Positions 1 through 13,470 of a stretch of 64,000 nucleotides of DNA are shown here, piece by piece. Both the position numbers and the translations under genes were made by a program. The DNA is from Octopus vulgaris (Eukaryota). Below the pieces are notes generated by a model. That model saw only the letters and a program-made list of their open reading frames with translations, was not told where the DNA came from and made no database searches. The stretch is taken from contig OX597836.1 of NCBI GenBank assembly GCA_951406725.2, positions 19,344,001-19,408,000 of the forward strand, given 5' to 3'. The first letter of the stretch is position 1. Every line of letters starts with the position of its first letter.

Positions 1-192
1 AATTACAATGAATGTTCAACCCAACATAATACTCCTACTCATCTACCAACCCACATTGACTCTGGGTATATTTAAGGATTTATGCTTAACAATATATTAC
101 GCATTACAAACAATATTAATTGGTTGGCATTTCTAATTAAAACATATAAATATACATGTATGATGACTGATGCTATTAAAATAATGTCTCAC

Positions 193-291
193 CTTGAAAG
201 TCTCATCTATACACTTGATCCCCGTATTCTTCACCGATATCGACTCCTGTTTATGGGTTCGACTTGACTTGAGGCCACGCTTGCTACCTTT
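193..291 (-). CDS. PLCL: PLCL exon 19: start of PLCL-type C-terminal region; gene continues beyond window start
   Basis: tacag|...|gtgag; KGSKRGLKSSRTHKQESISVKNTGIKCIDETFK; 99 nt, phase 0-0. Confidence 0.87.
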
Positions 292-369
292 CTGTAAAAA
301 CACAACATTGAAACTTTTAGATTGGTTGTTTAACCTTTGTTTATGAATACAGCACTATATATATGTATA

Positions 370-417
<48 letters not shown>

Positions 418-564
418 CATACACACACACACGCACGCACACACATATATATGAATAAAAGTTTTGGCCAGTTAGCCAAATTTCCATTTTCTAACATTAT
501 TTTAACTTTATTAACTTGAAAAAGTGATCAATTATGATGATTAATTGTGAAAAAATTTTATCTT

Positions 565-627
<63 letters not shown>

Positions 628-1739
628 CACACACACACACACATACACATATAGTAAATTTCAGTGACAAGCAAAGCAAGATGACTAGTAGGACAACTTA
701 GTATTGCATAAGCGTTTCCCACTGAAATCATATTCTGAACCAAATATTTTTGCAAATTGAACAAGGTTAGAAGTCATTGACACTTTTCTTTATCTTAGAA
801 TTGCACTGTCAAGAGATAGTGGCTTTGATGTATCATCATCATCATCATTTAACGTTCGCTTTCCATGCTAGCATGGGTTGGACAATTTTGACTGAGGGCT
901 GGCGAACCAGATGGCTGCACTAGGCTCCAATCTTGATCTGGCAGAGTTTCTACAGCTGGATGCCCTTCCTAACACCAACCACTCCGAGAGTGTAGTGGGT
1001 GCTTTTTATGTGCCACAGACACAGGGCCAGTCTGGCGGTACTGGCAACGATACAGATATACTATTGAACAGAGAAGGGAAGTGTTACATTTGGAAAGCTG
1101 GATAAGTGAGCATAGGTGGATAGAGGTATTTCCTTGCAGACAAAAATCAGTGTCTATAAAATGTGTGTGTCAATTGCACCTTTTTTATTCGAGTGAGATG
1201 TGGACCACTCACAGGCATCATATAAAAATGCTGGAGAGATTTCACCAAAAGTGCCCCAGGGAGTCAAGTAGGAATGTTTTATACCGGATACAGAAGTTAT
1301 GCACATGGCATGTTGTAGTTCAATTGAACAACATGTCATCTTGGCTCAAATGAGATCGGCTGGACAAGTTATTAGAAGGAAAGACGAGCAATTGCCAACA
1401 CGTCATTTTTATGGTCTTGTGACATATGACACAAGGTGGTCAGGGTTCAAGTTTATCACTTGCCCGGGCACTTTGGTTTTCATGGGACTTTATACGATTC
1501 TGTATCCTGCACACAATACATTCCAATATTCACCGTTGATTTCAGTTCCAGTCGTTCCTTTCTGACAAGCCCTTTTAAGCTCAGGCTACTGAATCACCTT
1601 TCCCCCTCCAGGCATGGCAACCACTCCTAACAGCAGCTCTCCACCTGTTCTGACCCAGAGCAGCAGTTTCGCATTCACTTTTGTTCATATCTAGTTTCTT
1701 CAGGTTTTTTTTTTCACAGTCTTTATACTTTTTCCGAGT

Positions 1740-2120
1740 GGAGGCGCAATGGCCCAGTGGTTAGGGCAGCAGACTCGCGGTCATTGGATCGCGGTTTCGA
1801 ATCCCAGACCGGGCGTTGTGAGTGTTTATTGAGCGAAAACACCTAAAGCTCCACGAGGCTCCGGCAGGGGATGGTGGTGATCCCTGTTGTACTCTTTCAC
1901 CACAACTTTCTCTCACTCTTACTTCCTGTTTCTGTTGTACCTGTATTTCAAGGGGCCGGCCTTGTCACACTCTGTGTCACGCTGAATATCTCCGAGAACT
2001 ACGTTAAGGGTACACGTGTCTGTGGAGTGCTCAGCCACTTACACGTTAATTTCACGAGCAGGCTGTTCCGGTGATTCGGATCGACCGGAAACCTCATCGT
2101 CGTAACCGACGGAGTGCTTC
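1740..2120 (+). mobile_element. tRNA-derived SINE with Arg-like head; also at 32355-32737 (-) and 44281-44645 (+); same head with other tails at 5055-5348, 18502-18810 and 48090-48390
   Basis: A box TGGCCCAGTGG, B box GTTTCGAATCC, TCG anticodon-like loop; dispersed near-identical copies. Resembles described octopus OR-type SINEs. Confidence 0.8.
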
Positions 2121-2545
2121 CATACTTTTTCCACGGCGTATGTTGTTGTCATGTGACCTCCAAAATCTCCAACATTAGAAGACCCCCATAACTCTGTTCA
2201 TTTCAGTCTCCTGGACTACTGAATCTGGGACATCATTGGTGGCACCACATGTTAAGGATTCATTGAGGGGATCAGATCTTAGCATGTAATTCTGTAGCTT
2301 TCTCAGGTCTGTTATTGGGACTGAAGGCAACAAGTGTTGTTGAATAGCCTGTTCTTTTTTTTTTTTTCTGCGTCTAGTTTAACATGAGTGTACCATTGTT
2401 CTCTGAGAGAGTGTACCATTGTTCTCTGAGGGAATATTGTATTTTCTTCTGTTTGGCATCTCACTTCCTCTTTGTGTTTTGTTCACACGAGGTGTACCAG
2501 CTGTGTATGCCTGGGAGTGTGTGTGAATCTCTGTGTGTATATATA

Positions 2546-3062
2546 TCTATATATATAAAACTGTAGTTGTGTGAGTGTCTGTCTCCTACGATTTAGATTC
2601 CTAACTCCTCCCACATTTTGCGGTGCAGTTTAACCAAATTCGGGTATCTTATAGTCGTGATTAATATCGAGCCCGTCTGGCTATTAGCGCGCGTCTACGA
2701 TGAGTCTACGATTTTAAAAATAATTTAACATAATTTTTTATTCCATTTTAATGCATAATTTTTCGTGTGTCGATGGCGGTGGAGTTGGCGTCCACGCTCA
2801 AACACCTGCACCTGTGTTTGCTTCTCCTCCTTCTTCCCTCCCTCGTGAAGCTGTGGGGAAGGGAGTTTAAGGAAATCAACGTCGTAATGCGTTGTCAAGG
2901 AGACCAGCGTTCTTTTAGAACAACGACTTCATGGCTTGAAGACACCAAAACAGAAATGGCTAAGAAAGCCCGAATTGGCATCTATAAAGGAAGTAACTCT
3001 CTAAAAATGCTTATATAGTTATTCCCCTTACAAACCCGAGCAACGCCGGGCGATACTGCTAG
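2546..3062 (+). mobile_element. Non-autonomous Helitron
   Basis: A|TC start, subterminal hairpin CCCGAGCAACGCCGGG, CTAG|T end; shares both ends with 42877-43277. Confidence 0.8.
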
Positions 3063-3123
<61 letters not shown>

Positions 3124-3282
3124 ACATACATACATACATCAGTATATGCACACCTTGTGTATGTACATAATATATACAACACTTACACACATATATGTAT
3201 ACACACACACACAAACAATATATATATGTTTGTATGTGTACATATACATACTCACAAAACAGAACTGTACACAATTCATGAA

Positions 3283-3920
3283 TCTCTATATATATATAAA
3301 GCTGAAGTTGTCTGTGTATGGCAGGTTTGGTAACCTTCAACTAACACTATCTCCTCCGAGACCCTGTGGCACAAGTTGACCAAAATTGAGAGTATGATAG
3401 AAGAAGGCTTGCTCTTCCTTCCATAGAAGAAAATATTCAAATCGGACCATGTTAACACCAAAAATTATTTACATCAAAAAGGTGCTTTTTTTTCTATGAA
3501 AATCCCTATTTTTTACAATTTTTTGACTGATGTGTCGCCATTTTTCGGTGTATTTCAACCAGAAAAATGTTAAGTTAAAGAGAATAACAAGCTACATAGT
3601 GCAAAATTTTTACTTTTCATAAATTCCAATTCTAAAGGGTCGAAACAAACCTATTTCTTTATTACCCACAAGGGGCTAAACACAGAGAGGACAAACAAGG
3701 ACAGACAAACGGATTAAGTCGATTACATCGACCCCAGTGCGTAACTGGTACTTAATTTATCGACCCCGAAAGGACGAAAGGCAAAGTCGACCTCGGCAGA
3801 ATTTGAACTGAGAACGTAACGGCAGACAAAATACCGCTAAGCATTTCGCCCAGCGTGCTAACGATTCTGCCAGCTCGCCTCATCGAAACAAACCTGAGCA
3901 ATGCTGGGCGATACTGCTAG
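3283..3920 (+). mobile_element. Non-autonomous Helitron interrupted by a SINE (about 3651-3880)
   Basis: TC start and the same 3' hairpin plus CTAG end as 2546-3062. The SINE is flanked by a 13-bp TSD TCGAAACAAACCT (3640-3652 and 3883-3895). Confidence 0.75.
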
Positions 3921-4267
3921 TCTATGATAAAGTGTTGCTTAAGGTGGTGCACAGTGGAACTGAACTCAGAACCACAGGGTTGCAAAAGCAGACTTCTTAA
4001 TCACACAACGATGCATCCTGCACCTCACCTACACGTTTTTCTTCTTCACCTTTTTCTTTTCCAGTTTTTTCCCCATTTCAGTGCAACACTTGATTTGTGA
4101 CAGTAATGACCTTACAACGTGACATAAGATAGAGCATACAGGTGGACGAGGATGGTGTGGGGGAGCAGGCAGGCGGTGGGGGGTGGGGACGATAACAAGA
4201 AGACATTTTTAAACTGAAGAAACTAAACAAAAAAGCTGTTTAATTGAAGAAGGAAGATCTTCCTTAC

Positions 4268-4365
4268 CCCACCACCTCGTCTGTTTGTGATTGCAATATG
4301 AACAAACAACGTACTTCCAGGTAATTCATCACCGGTAAAAGACAGAAGCCGAATATGGCGGTAAC
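4268..4365 (-). CDS. PLCL: PLCL exon 18: C2 end
   Basis: tcaag|...|gtaag; [33 protein letters not shown]; 98 nt, phase 1-0. Confidence 0.93.
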
Positions 4366-4469
4366 CTTGAAAAAAAAAAGCGGAAAAAATAAAAAATAAT
4401 GCAAACAATCACAAACATTAAAAAAAATTCATTTATTAAATGTCTTTTATAAAATAATAATGAAATTAT

Positions 4470-4820
4470 TGTATACAGTGCTCAGGTGCACCACAACTTG
4501 TCAGAAAGTGCATATAAAGTACATGCAGTAATGTACAAATGTCTGGAAAGCGAACAATGCATGAGTCAGATACATGCTTGTGTGTGTATGGAGGGGAGAA
4601 AATCAAGTGTAGTGTTGGCGAATCTCAGGAAGCATGGAAGTTTTGAAGGATGCAGTGCTCCGACAACTAACAACTGATGCTGGCAGTTTGTTCCATGCTT
4701 CAGCAACTCTCAGCGTGAAAAAATGTTTCCTGAAGTCATGGGAGCTGCGCTGTTTTCTTACTTTGTAAATATGTCCACGGGTGTTAGATGGGTGGAGTTT
4801 GAAAAGGTGCTCAGAGTTAT
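4470..4820 (-). mobile_element. CR1-type LINE 3' end
   Basis: TRGHIYKVRKQRSSHDFRKHFFTLRVAEAWNKLP; second copy at about 11510-11815. Confidence 0.72.
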
Positions 4821-5344
4821 CTTTTACTTGTTTCAGTCATTGGACAATGGCCATGCTGGGGCACTGCCTTGAAGGTTCTAGTTGAACAAATCGACCTCAG
4901 TAGTTATTTTTAAGTCTGGTACTTACTCTACTCAATTGGGCTCTTTCGCTAAGTTATAGGGATGCAAACAAACCAACATCAGTTGTTATGCAATAGGGAA
5001 GAACAAACTCATACATACATGTAAACATACACACACACATATACATACATATATGGAGGCGCAATGGCCCAGTGGTTAGGGCAGTGGATTCGCAGTTGTA
5101 GGATCGCTGTTTCGATTCTCAGACCGGGTGTTGTGAGTGTTTATTGAGCGAAAACACCTAGAACTCCAGGAGGCTCTGGCAGGGTGTGGTGGCGATCCCT
5201 GCTGTACTCTTTCACTCTTTCTTCTGTTGGCCTGCTCGCTTAGCCAGCAGAGTGACATCGTTCGAAGGCTAAAACAATGCAAAGCGCATTGTGACCAGCA
5301 ATGTGTAGCAACATCTGATAGCCTGGTCAGTCACGGTGATGACG

Positions 5345-5386
<42 letters not shown>

Positions 5387-7406
5387 ACACACATACACAT
5401 GCATATATATACCCATATATAGAAATGCAATACATACATGTATGCATACAGACAAGCACATGCACACACACATTTTGCAAACAAAGTTGCAGATGCAAGA
5501 GTTACCAGTTGAAAGCTCCACAATACTATAAGCTAGCAGGCTTAAGGGGTCATCAGGAGAGAATGCACACTGTCTTAGGGGTCTTCTTCTCAATAGCATT
5601 ATCGAGCACAATCCCCCCTGTCCCCACTTGCTAGATCGATCAGTAATTAGGGTTTACTCAAATTCACTCACAAGGTATTGGTTGACCCAGGGCTACAGTC
5701 GAAGACACTTGCCCAAGATGCTGTGCAGTGGAACCTGATACCTATTTCTTTACTACCCACAAGGGGCTAAACACAGAGAGGACAAACAAGGACAGACAAA
5801 CGGATTAAGTCGATTACATCGACCCCAGTGCGTAACTGGTACTTAATTCATTAGCACGCCGGGCGAAATGCATAGCTGTATTTCGTCTGCCATTACGTTC
5901 TGAGTTCAAATTCCACCGAGGTCGACTTTGCCTTTCATCCTTTCGGGGTCGATAAATTAAGTACTAGTTACGCACTGGGGTTGATGTAATCGACTTAATC
6001 CGTTTGTCTGTCCTTGTTTGACCCCTCTGTGTTTAGCCCCTTGTGGGTAGTAAAGAAATAGGTACTTATTTTCATCGACCCCGAAAGGATGAAAGGCAAA
6101 GTCGACCTCGGCGGAATTAGAACTCAGAACGTAATGGCAGACGAAATGCCTATTTCTTTATTATCAACAAGGGGCTAAACACAGAAGGGACAAACAAGGA
6201 CGGACAAACGGATTAAGTCGATTACATCGACCCCAGTGCATAACTGGTACTTGATTCATCGACCCCGAAAGGATGAAAGGCAAAGTCAACCTCGGCGGAA
6301 TTTGAACTCAGAACGTAACGGCAGACGAAATACGGCTATGCATTTCGCCAGGCGTGCTAACGTTTCTGCCAGCTCGCCAAATGACTGCAAAGTGAGCTTC
6401 ACACAACTATGCCTGTTCCTATACAAGATGTAACTAAATGTCTCACCATTCAAGTCCAGCACCCTACTGTTTCTATTATCAGCAATTCTCTTACATTTAT
6501 CTTTCAATTTCAATGAATTTTAAGATATATTTTTTTGCTTTTCTCTTTTGTATTTTGCTTCTTTTTTAACTTCAAGTTTTCAAGTGTTTCCTGAGAAGTG
6601 TATTGTCGGTGTTGATGTGGCCTTCATAAATAGCAAAGCAGAGCTGAAGTGATCTAAAGTGATCTTTGAAGGAGAATGCTACAAGTGGGTGCATATCAAT
6701 GAGAAACATTTGTTAGAGATATGAGAAATACTAACGAAATTCCAAGTGATGTGCAATGAATAATCAACCAGTTTAAAACTGGTTGAAAAGAAAAAAAACC
6801 TGTATGAAGTGGATAAGTCTGATTGTCAAATATTGAGATAAGAGAAATGACATACAGAAAACAAGAAAAAAATTGATAAAAAGCACCAATAACTGTTTGT
6901 TAAATTGATAAGGGTTACATATTTGTAATGGGAAGAGAAAGGAGAACATAGTTAATTAAAATGACCCAATACATAGTTAGTATTTTTATTATTGCTCGAG
7001 AGAATGGGAAGTTGACTAGCAGAATATATTTTTGTTACCTGTTGAGCCAGGATGGAGGGGCAGTGCCCATGGCCTCCACAGGTTTCCTAAACTGGTGAAG
7101 TTGACGATGTTAATGCTTCTCTCATAAAAAATTCTCTTAAGGTGATGCTCTAGCATGGCCACAGCATTAGGGTTGAAACATATAAAAGAATACATAGCTT
7201 TTACCTTCTATCTTTTACTTGTTTCAGGTATTACACTGTGGCTATGCTGGGGCACTGCTTTGAACAATGTTAGTTGATTAAATCCTAGTCTTCATTTTTT
7301 TACAGCCCGTTACTTATTCTATTGGTCTCTTTTGTCAAACCACTTGCTTGTCCCCTCTATGTTTAGCCCCTTGTGGGTAGTAGTAAAGAAATAAGAAACC
7401 TAACTA

Positions 7407-8666
7407 TTGGGTCATCCCATAAATAATGTGGTTTTTTCAATTGCATGAACTAAAAGTCAGAGGGGGATAGGATAAACTAACTGTATCAAACTTGCTATCA
7501 AAGAAGGTAGTAATTTTACCTTGTGCTTATTCTTAGTGCAAGTTTTGAGGAGGGCAGTTGGATTTTAACAGTTATTTTTTCAAAGCTATAATGGAAGTGA
7601 CAAAAGAGCATATTCAGCATATTTTGCTTTGAGTTCAATAAAGGCAACAATGCAATGGAAAGTGTGAGGAATATTAATGCAGTATATGGGGATTGGACAA
7701 TAAGTGTAAGCCAGTGTCAATGGTGGTTCCAGAAATTCCGAGCTGGAAACTACAGCCTAAAAGACAAGCCTTGTCCTGGAAGATCTACAGAGTTAGATGA
7801 GGATGTCCTGCAAAACCTGGTGGAACAAAATCCCATCGTAACTGTTGAGGAACTAGCAAAGAAGCTTGGATTTGGTCATTCAACCATTCATCAACACCTG
7901 TGTGTCATCAGAAAAGTCAGCAAATTGGGTCAATGGGTTCCTCACAAACTTTCCAGGTCTAATTGTGAACAGAGAGTGAATGTGTGCACTTCTCTGCTGC
8001 CATGTCTCACAAATGAACCTTTTTGGGACCAAAGAGTGACTGGTGACGAGAAATGGGTTCTCTGTAAAAATATCAAGCACCGAAGACTGTGGGTAGGGAA
8101 AGGAGAAACACCAGCACGGACATAAGGTGTTATCTGTTTGGTGGGATATGAAAGGTTTAGTCCACTTCAAACTTTTAAATCCAAATCAAATAGGAACAAA
8201 GGAGATCTACTGTGAGCAGCTTGAGCACCTTAAGTCAGCTCTAGAAGAAAAACGACCATCTTTGGTTTCAAGACGAAAGGTGTTCTTCCATCAGGATAAT
8301 ACTTGGCCACATACAGTGAGGATGACATTCCAAAGGCTGGAGCAGTTTGAAAGGGAAATGATGCCCCACCCACCATATTTGCTGGACATTGTCCCATCTG
8401 ATTATCATTTATTCTGCAGTCTTCAAAATCATTTGGACAGAAAAACTATGAATTCTGTAGACGAGGTCAGAACAGTACTGGGGGAGTACTTTTCATCATG
8501 AACAAGTGAATTTTGGAAGAGAGGCCTTGCAAGTCTGCCAGACAGATGGGAGAGTATTGTAGAAAATGAAGGAGAGTATATTTTAGATTAAAAGAGAACT
8601 TTATCTTAATTTTGAAAGATAAAAGAAGTATAAAAAAAAAAACGCATTATTTATGGGATGACTCAT
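7407..8666 (+). mobile_element. Full-length decayed mariner (DD34D) transposon
   Basis: About 28-bp TIRs (TTGGGTCATCCCATAAATAATG...CATTATTTATGGGATGACTCAT), TA target duplication, 1260 bp. Transposase about 7591-8591 with WVPHKL, TGDEKW, HQDN and PSDYHLF motifs, broken by frameshifts and stops. Confidence 0.93.
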
Positions 8667-8683
8667 TAACCTGTTTTACTTAC

Positions 8684-8830
8684 CAGTCTCCATACATTCA
8701 AATGGTATCGTACATTGACCAATAAACTCATCTCCGATATAGTCATCGTCTAACACAGCAAACCGAATTAGTGCAAGTTCAGGTAGGTTAATTTGGAATT
8801 CAAAACTTTCATCAAAAATAGGGTTATAAC
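8684..8830 (-). CDS. PLCL: PLCL exon 17: C2 domain
   Basis: tgcag|...|gtaag; [49 protein letters not shown]; 147 nt, phase 1-1. Confidence 0.94.
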
Positions 8831-9410
8831 CTGCAATTGGTAAAAAAAATGTTCAATATTAATTAGAAAACACTGAAAAAAAAATTTTGTTTTTGTATCT
8901 GGTTTGCAAGATTCTTCATTTGAAGTAGTGTGTTGAAACATTTTTTGTCTTAAGAGGGTCATTATGCCAATAATAAACACACACACTGGTTCTATTACAC
9001 ATTTATTATTATTATTATTATTATTTGTCAACCATTTAACACAGGTTTCTCAACTAATTTTTGCCTATGGACCCCTTTGATTCTTTTCTTTTTTTACTCA
9101 GATTGACACCCTCCCACCCCATAACCATTCAATGTTTAAAATATCATATTATGCTTCTGTATCATCATCATCATCGTTTAACGTCCGCTTTCCATGCTAG
9201 CATGGGTTGGATAATTTTGACTGAGGGCTGGCAAACCAGATGGCTGAACCAGGCTCCAATCTTCATTTGGCAGAGTTTCTACAGCTGGATGCCCTTCCTA
9301 ATGCCAACCACTCTGAGAGTGTAGTGGGTGCTTTTACGTCTTCAGTAGCCAATAATGCGACTAGCCATGCCTGTGCTAATAGTATTTTATTAATAACCAA
9401 AAATAATCAC

Positions 9411-9549
9411 CATTATTATTAATTGTCTTGGTTTTCTCTTCAGCACAGTCTGCTGGTATACCAAATATTTCAATAGTAACATATGGATCGGTAATGTCTC
9501 CCTTGGCACCAGAACCTTGAGGTTTCGGAAGGTTTTGACCACTTATGAT
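9411..9549 (-). CDS. PLCL: PLCL exon 16: C2 domain
   Basis: tgcag|...|gtgat; [46 protein letters not shown]; 139 nt, phase 0-1. Confidence 0.93.
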
Positions 9550-10034
9550 CTGCAAAAGGAAAAAAACAATATGCATGATAATGGTAACAGGTAGAATCTC
9601 ATAGAACATTAGATTAATTGTTCTAATAGAACATCCATGTTTAAGTAATTAGATCAGTGGTTTCTGAACTTAGTTTGGTTGGAGATCATTATATAGTTTG
9701 TCCCAAGAACCCCCAAACCCATTCTTATACTTTATAAACAACCCCTGTCACAGTCATTTAAAAAAGGCATTAAATAAAAATCTTTAAGAGGACACATTTA
9801 TTCACTAAAAAAAACTCCAATATTCTATTATTTTGAAAGTGGCAAATAGAATTTGCTTAGTAAATTTGCTTTATAAAATTTTATTAAAAAACAAAAACAT
9901 TTTATTTTACAGAATTCCAGAATGCCTTTCATGGAACACTTCAGTTCCTCAGAACTTCATTTTGAAAAATCCTGCACTGATATGGATTAGCAGAAGCTTG
10001 CCAAAACATTAACTACACACAGCAACATCTTAGT

Positions 10035-10495
10035 TTGGAACCCTTATTCTTTAACATTGATTACAATAAGAACATTGCCCCCAAAGTCCATCGCTGCGTC
10101 CCCAAAGTTGATCCCCTCCTCACCGTGGTGGGGATGCTGGCAACGGGTAGTGTCAGAGCTACGCCATCGGGAACTTCGGTCCCTGTTAGGGCCACCCAAG
10201 GCGGATTGGTCTGCCACAACCCGGCAGACGGGGCTCTGCTGAAAAATCCTCGGAGTGTCTGTTTCGGCAACCGGCGGCTCCTCGGTCATTCTGTCCCTGC
10301 GTCTGCAGACAATCTGCGGCAAACAGGATGTCTCTCTACATGCGGGATTGTTGGGGACCGCTTGTGAAATCCACATATTCCCACAAAACTTCTTCCACCG
10401 CCATGGTTCGAGATGCCTCGAGGGTGGTGGAAGAAGCCGACTCAACCCACCCAGGGTGAATGTCGCCACAAGTACAAGAACAAGTAAAAAGAACA
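10035..10495 (+). mobile_element. GC-rich LINE-derived insert ending in an RTE-like 3' end
   Basis: 3' end [19 protein letters not shown] plus ACAAGT-type tail parallels 63040-63125; the upstream part is unassigned. Confidence 0.45.
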
Positions 10496-10557
10496 TTAAA
10501 TATAAAACAAGCAACAACAAAACAATGGTCAAGAGAAGAAGCGGTAGTACCACATAC

Positions 10558-10736
10558 CCTAATATGGAGCGACTGAGGAGAAACATCAGGTAAAACATCT
10601 TTAGTGTTGGCACTGAAGTAAGAGATTTCTTCTCTCATAACAGCTGGCTTTAACACATAGCCACAACCACCATTCTTTTGGAACCAGCCATTATAGAGAT
10701 CCATCATCAAGCCCGGCGTTTGGTAATTTACAGAAA
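10558..10736 (-). CDS. PLCL: PLCL exon 15: Y-domain end and C2 start
   Basis: accag|...|gtatg; [60 protein letters not shown]; 179 nt, phase 1-0. Confidence 0.94.
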
Positions 10737-11509
10737 CTGGTGGAAATGGTAAATAAATGGTTAGAATGAGTTTAGATTGCATGTCCAATTGAACTGTATA
10801 AAGCTCATTTATAAAGCTGACACTCAAAATACAAATTGTTGTTTTAGAATTGCTCGTTAACATTACCAACCCTTTTGATACCAACCTTTTCCAGACCACT
10901 TCTGGTTCTTTGATACCTATTTCTTTATTACCCACAAGGGGCTAAACATAGAAGGGACAAACAAGGACAGACAAACGGATTAAGTCGATTATATTGACCC
11001 CAGTGCGTAACTGGTACTTATTTAATCGACCCCGAAAGGATAAAAGGCAAAGTCGACCTCGGCGGAATTTGAACTCAGAACGTAACGGCAGACGAAATAC
11101 CGCTAAGCATTTTGTCTAACATGCTAACGGTTCTGCCAACTCGCCACCTTGGTTCTTTGATACCAACTTATCTTCCCTCATTAATTTAGCTAAGAACATT
11201 TTATTAATTAATGTTCTAAATGTTAGTTTAAAACATTGTTGATAAACAAAAAAGAAGAATTCATCAAATCACTCTAAATCTTCTATTTTGAAAATTATTT
11301 GGTACACAAAGTATTTCTTGAGAAATGTTACAATCAAGAGGATAGCATTATTATTATTATTAAATTAAAACTATTTACAATTCCAGTGTGGAAGGCGTTT
11401 ATAAGCCATTTAAGAAACACACAAAAACCATTAGATTCACTTCAACATTTAAATTTAATTTGTCAAAATATTTTCGTCACATACACACACACATAAACAT
11501 AATAATAAT

Positions 11510-11815
11510 AATAATAATTGTGTACAGTGCTCAGGTGCACTACAACTCATCTAAAGTGCATATATAATCAGGTGTAGTTTCAACGGATTTCGGAAAGCAT
11601 GAGGGCCTTAAAGGATGCAGTGTCATGGCAGTCAACAACTGACGCAGGCAGTTTATTCCATGCTTCAGCAACTCTGAGCATGAAGAAATGTTTCCGAAAG
11701 TCATGGGAGCTGTGTTGTTTTCTGACTTTGTAGGCATGTCCACGTGTGTTAGACACATGGAGATCAAAAAGGTGTTCAGTGTTGTTATTGGTGAGGTGGT
11801 TGATAACTTTGTGCT
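11510..11815 (-). mobile_element. CR1-type LINE 3' end
   Basis: Homologous to 4470-4820, with an (ATT)n tail. Confidence 0.7.
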
Positions 11816-11906
11816 AGAATATGTGTGTATTAGTGTTCATGCTGTATGAATATATGTGAATATGTGAGCTTCTAGTAGTAAATAATAAATAATAAGCAGC
11901 AGTTAC

Positions 11907-12086
11907 CTATTTGACATCCACAGTTCCATAAATCTAGAGGATTGAAGTTGCTTGAGTCTACTCGCATACCGTTTGGGTAAATGCGTGATAGAAAGCGTTT
12001 GTTGTGATTCACAAATTCTTCTGGATCCTGCAGAGCTAACTTCACTGCTTGAGATTCACTAAGGGAACAGATCTGCCAATATTTCT
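11907..12086 (-). CDS. PLCL: PLCL exon 14: Y domain
   Basis: ttcag|...|gtaac; KYWQICSLSESQAVKLALQDPEEFVNHNKRFLSRIYPNGMRVDSSNFNPLDLWNCGCQI; 180 nt, phase 1-1. Confidence 0.95.
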
Positions 12087-12439
12087 CTGAAAATCAAAGT
12101 ACACAAAAATAGAAACAAAAAAGATAAACAAATACCAAAAAAAAAAAACAGTCATCAATTCTTCGTGGTTTACACTGAGAGAATAAATCCTTCAAAATCA
12201 CATAAAAACAACATAAAACTGGCATAAATTTCACCACTTCTAGGTTTTAAAGCAGACTGGCTTTACACTGAAGGTAGTTACTGGACCATTCTTATGGTTA
12301 TTGGCCTCAATCTGCAGCCAATAACATGTAGTGAAGGTGTGTAGCCTTGTGGTTAATGTGTTGTGTTAGTGGTTGTGAGGATCATGGGTTATATTCCCAG
12401 AGCATTTGGTATGTTGTGTCTGCAGCAGGGTATCCTCCT

Positions 12440-12790
12440 ATCAACATCAATGGAAATTGTAGCTGTGATACCAGTGCCGGTGGCACGTAAGAGAACCATC
12501 CGAACGTGGCCGTTGCCAGTGCCACTCCGACTGGCCTCCGTGCCGGTGGCACGTAAAAAGCACCATCCGATTGTGGCCGTTTGCCAGTCTCGTCTGGCAC
12601 CTGTGCAGGTGGCACGTAAAAAGCACCCACTACACTCACGGAGTGGTTGGCGTTAGGAAGGGCATCCAGCTGTAGAAACACTGCCAGATCAGACTGGGCC
12701 TGGCGCAGCTTTCTGGCTTCCCAGACCCCAGTTGAACCGTCCAACCCATGCTAGCATGGAAAACGGACGTTAAACGATGATGATGATGAT
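12440..12790 (+). mobile_element. 5'-truncated retroposon with (GAT)n tail and internal GTGCCGGTGGCACGTAAAAAGCACC repeats; - strand copies at 833-1050, 9162-9340, 14909-15175, 18002-18295, 31393-31675, 49231-49485, 49753-50082, 55848-56248 and 57254-57560
   Basis: Common 3' end CCAACCCATGCTAGCATGGAAA.CGGACGTTAAACGATGATGAT with variable 5' truncation; probably a LINE 3' UTR or LINE-tailed SINE. Confidence 0.78.
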
Positions 12791-13322
12791 GTTTGTATGT
12801 TTAATTTCGGGGTAACTTTATTTCAATAAAGTATATGTATGTGTGTGTATGCATGCATTAAAGAAAGCAAAAAATACAAAAACGATAAAAGTTAAAGGCT
12901 AAATGGATGTGTATGTGTAAAAGAATTCAGTACTCAGTATTTTGGCTATAATGGTTAAAGGTTAGAAGTTCAATTATTTTTGATAGTGGTTTGGTTGAGG
13001 TTTTTGTGTGGGTTGGATGGTTTGACTGAAAACTGGTAAGCTGCATCAGGTTCCAGTTTAATTTGGCAAGGTTTCTATGGCTGGATGCCCTTCCTAACGC
13101 CAACCATTCTAAGAATGTAGTGTGTGCTTTTTACGTGCCACCAGCATGGGTGCCACTGATGCGACACCATTTTCGGACAGAACTGCAACCTCATTTGGCT
13201 TGACAGGTCTACACAAGCACGGTGTATCGCCAAACATCTTGGTCACCCGTCACGGCCTTTATGAGGTGCAATGCTTGACAGTGCATTTTGCATGCCAGTC
13301 GGACAGTACTGGTATTGGCTAC

Positions 13323-13360
<38 letters not shown>

Positions 13361-13470
13361 TCAGGGTGAATACTTGATAAATGTAAGCACTTGTATATGC
13401 CAGCTAGTAGCAGAGGTGATAGGATATAAGTATCAAATGAAGTAAATGAAAAACAGGACACAAAGGATGT

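Noticed and set aside
1740-1815. tRNA-Arg-like sequence (also at 5055, 18502, 32660 and 48090)
   Set aside because: SINE heads that continue into shared SINE bodies, with an imperfect cloverleaf.
10044-10935. Overlapping 189-199 aa ORFs suggesting a nested gene
   Set aside because: Explained by PLCL exon 15 plus read-through into a GC-rich LINE-derived insert.
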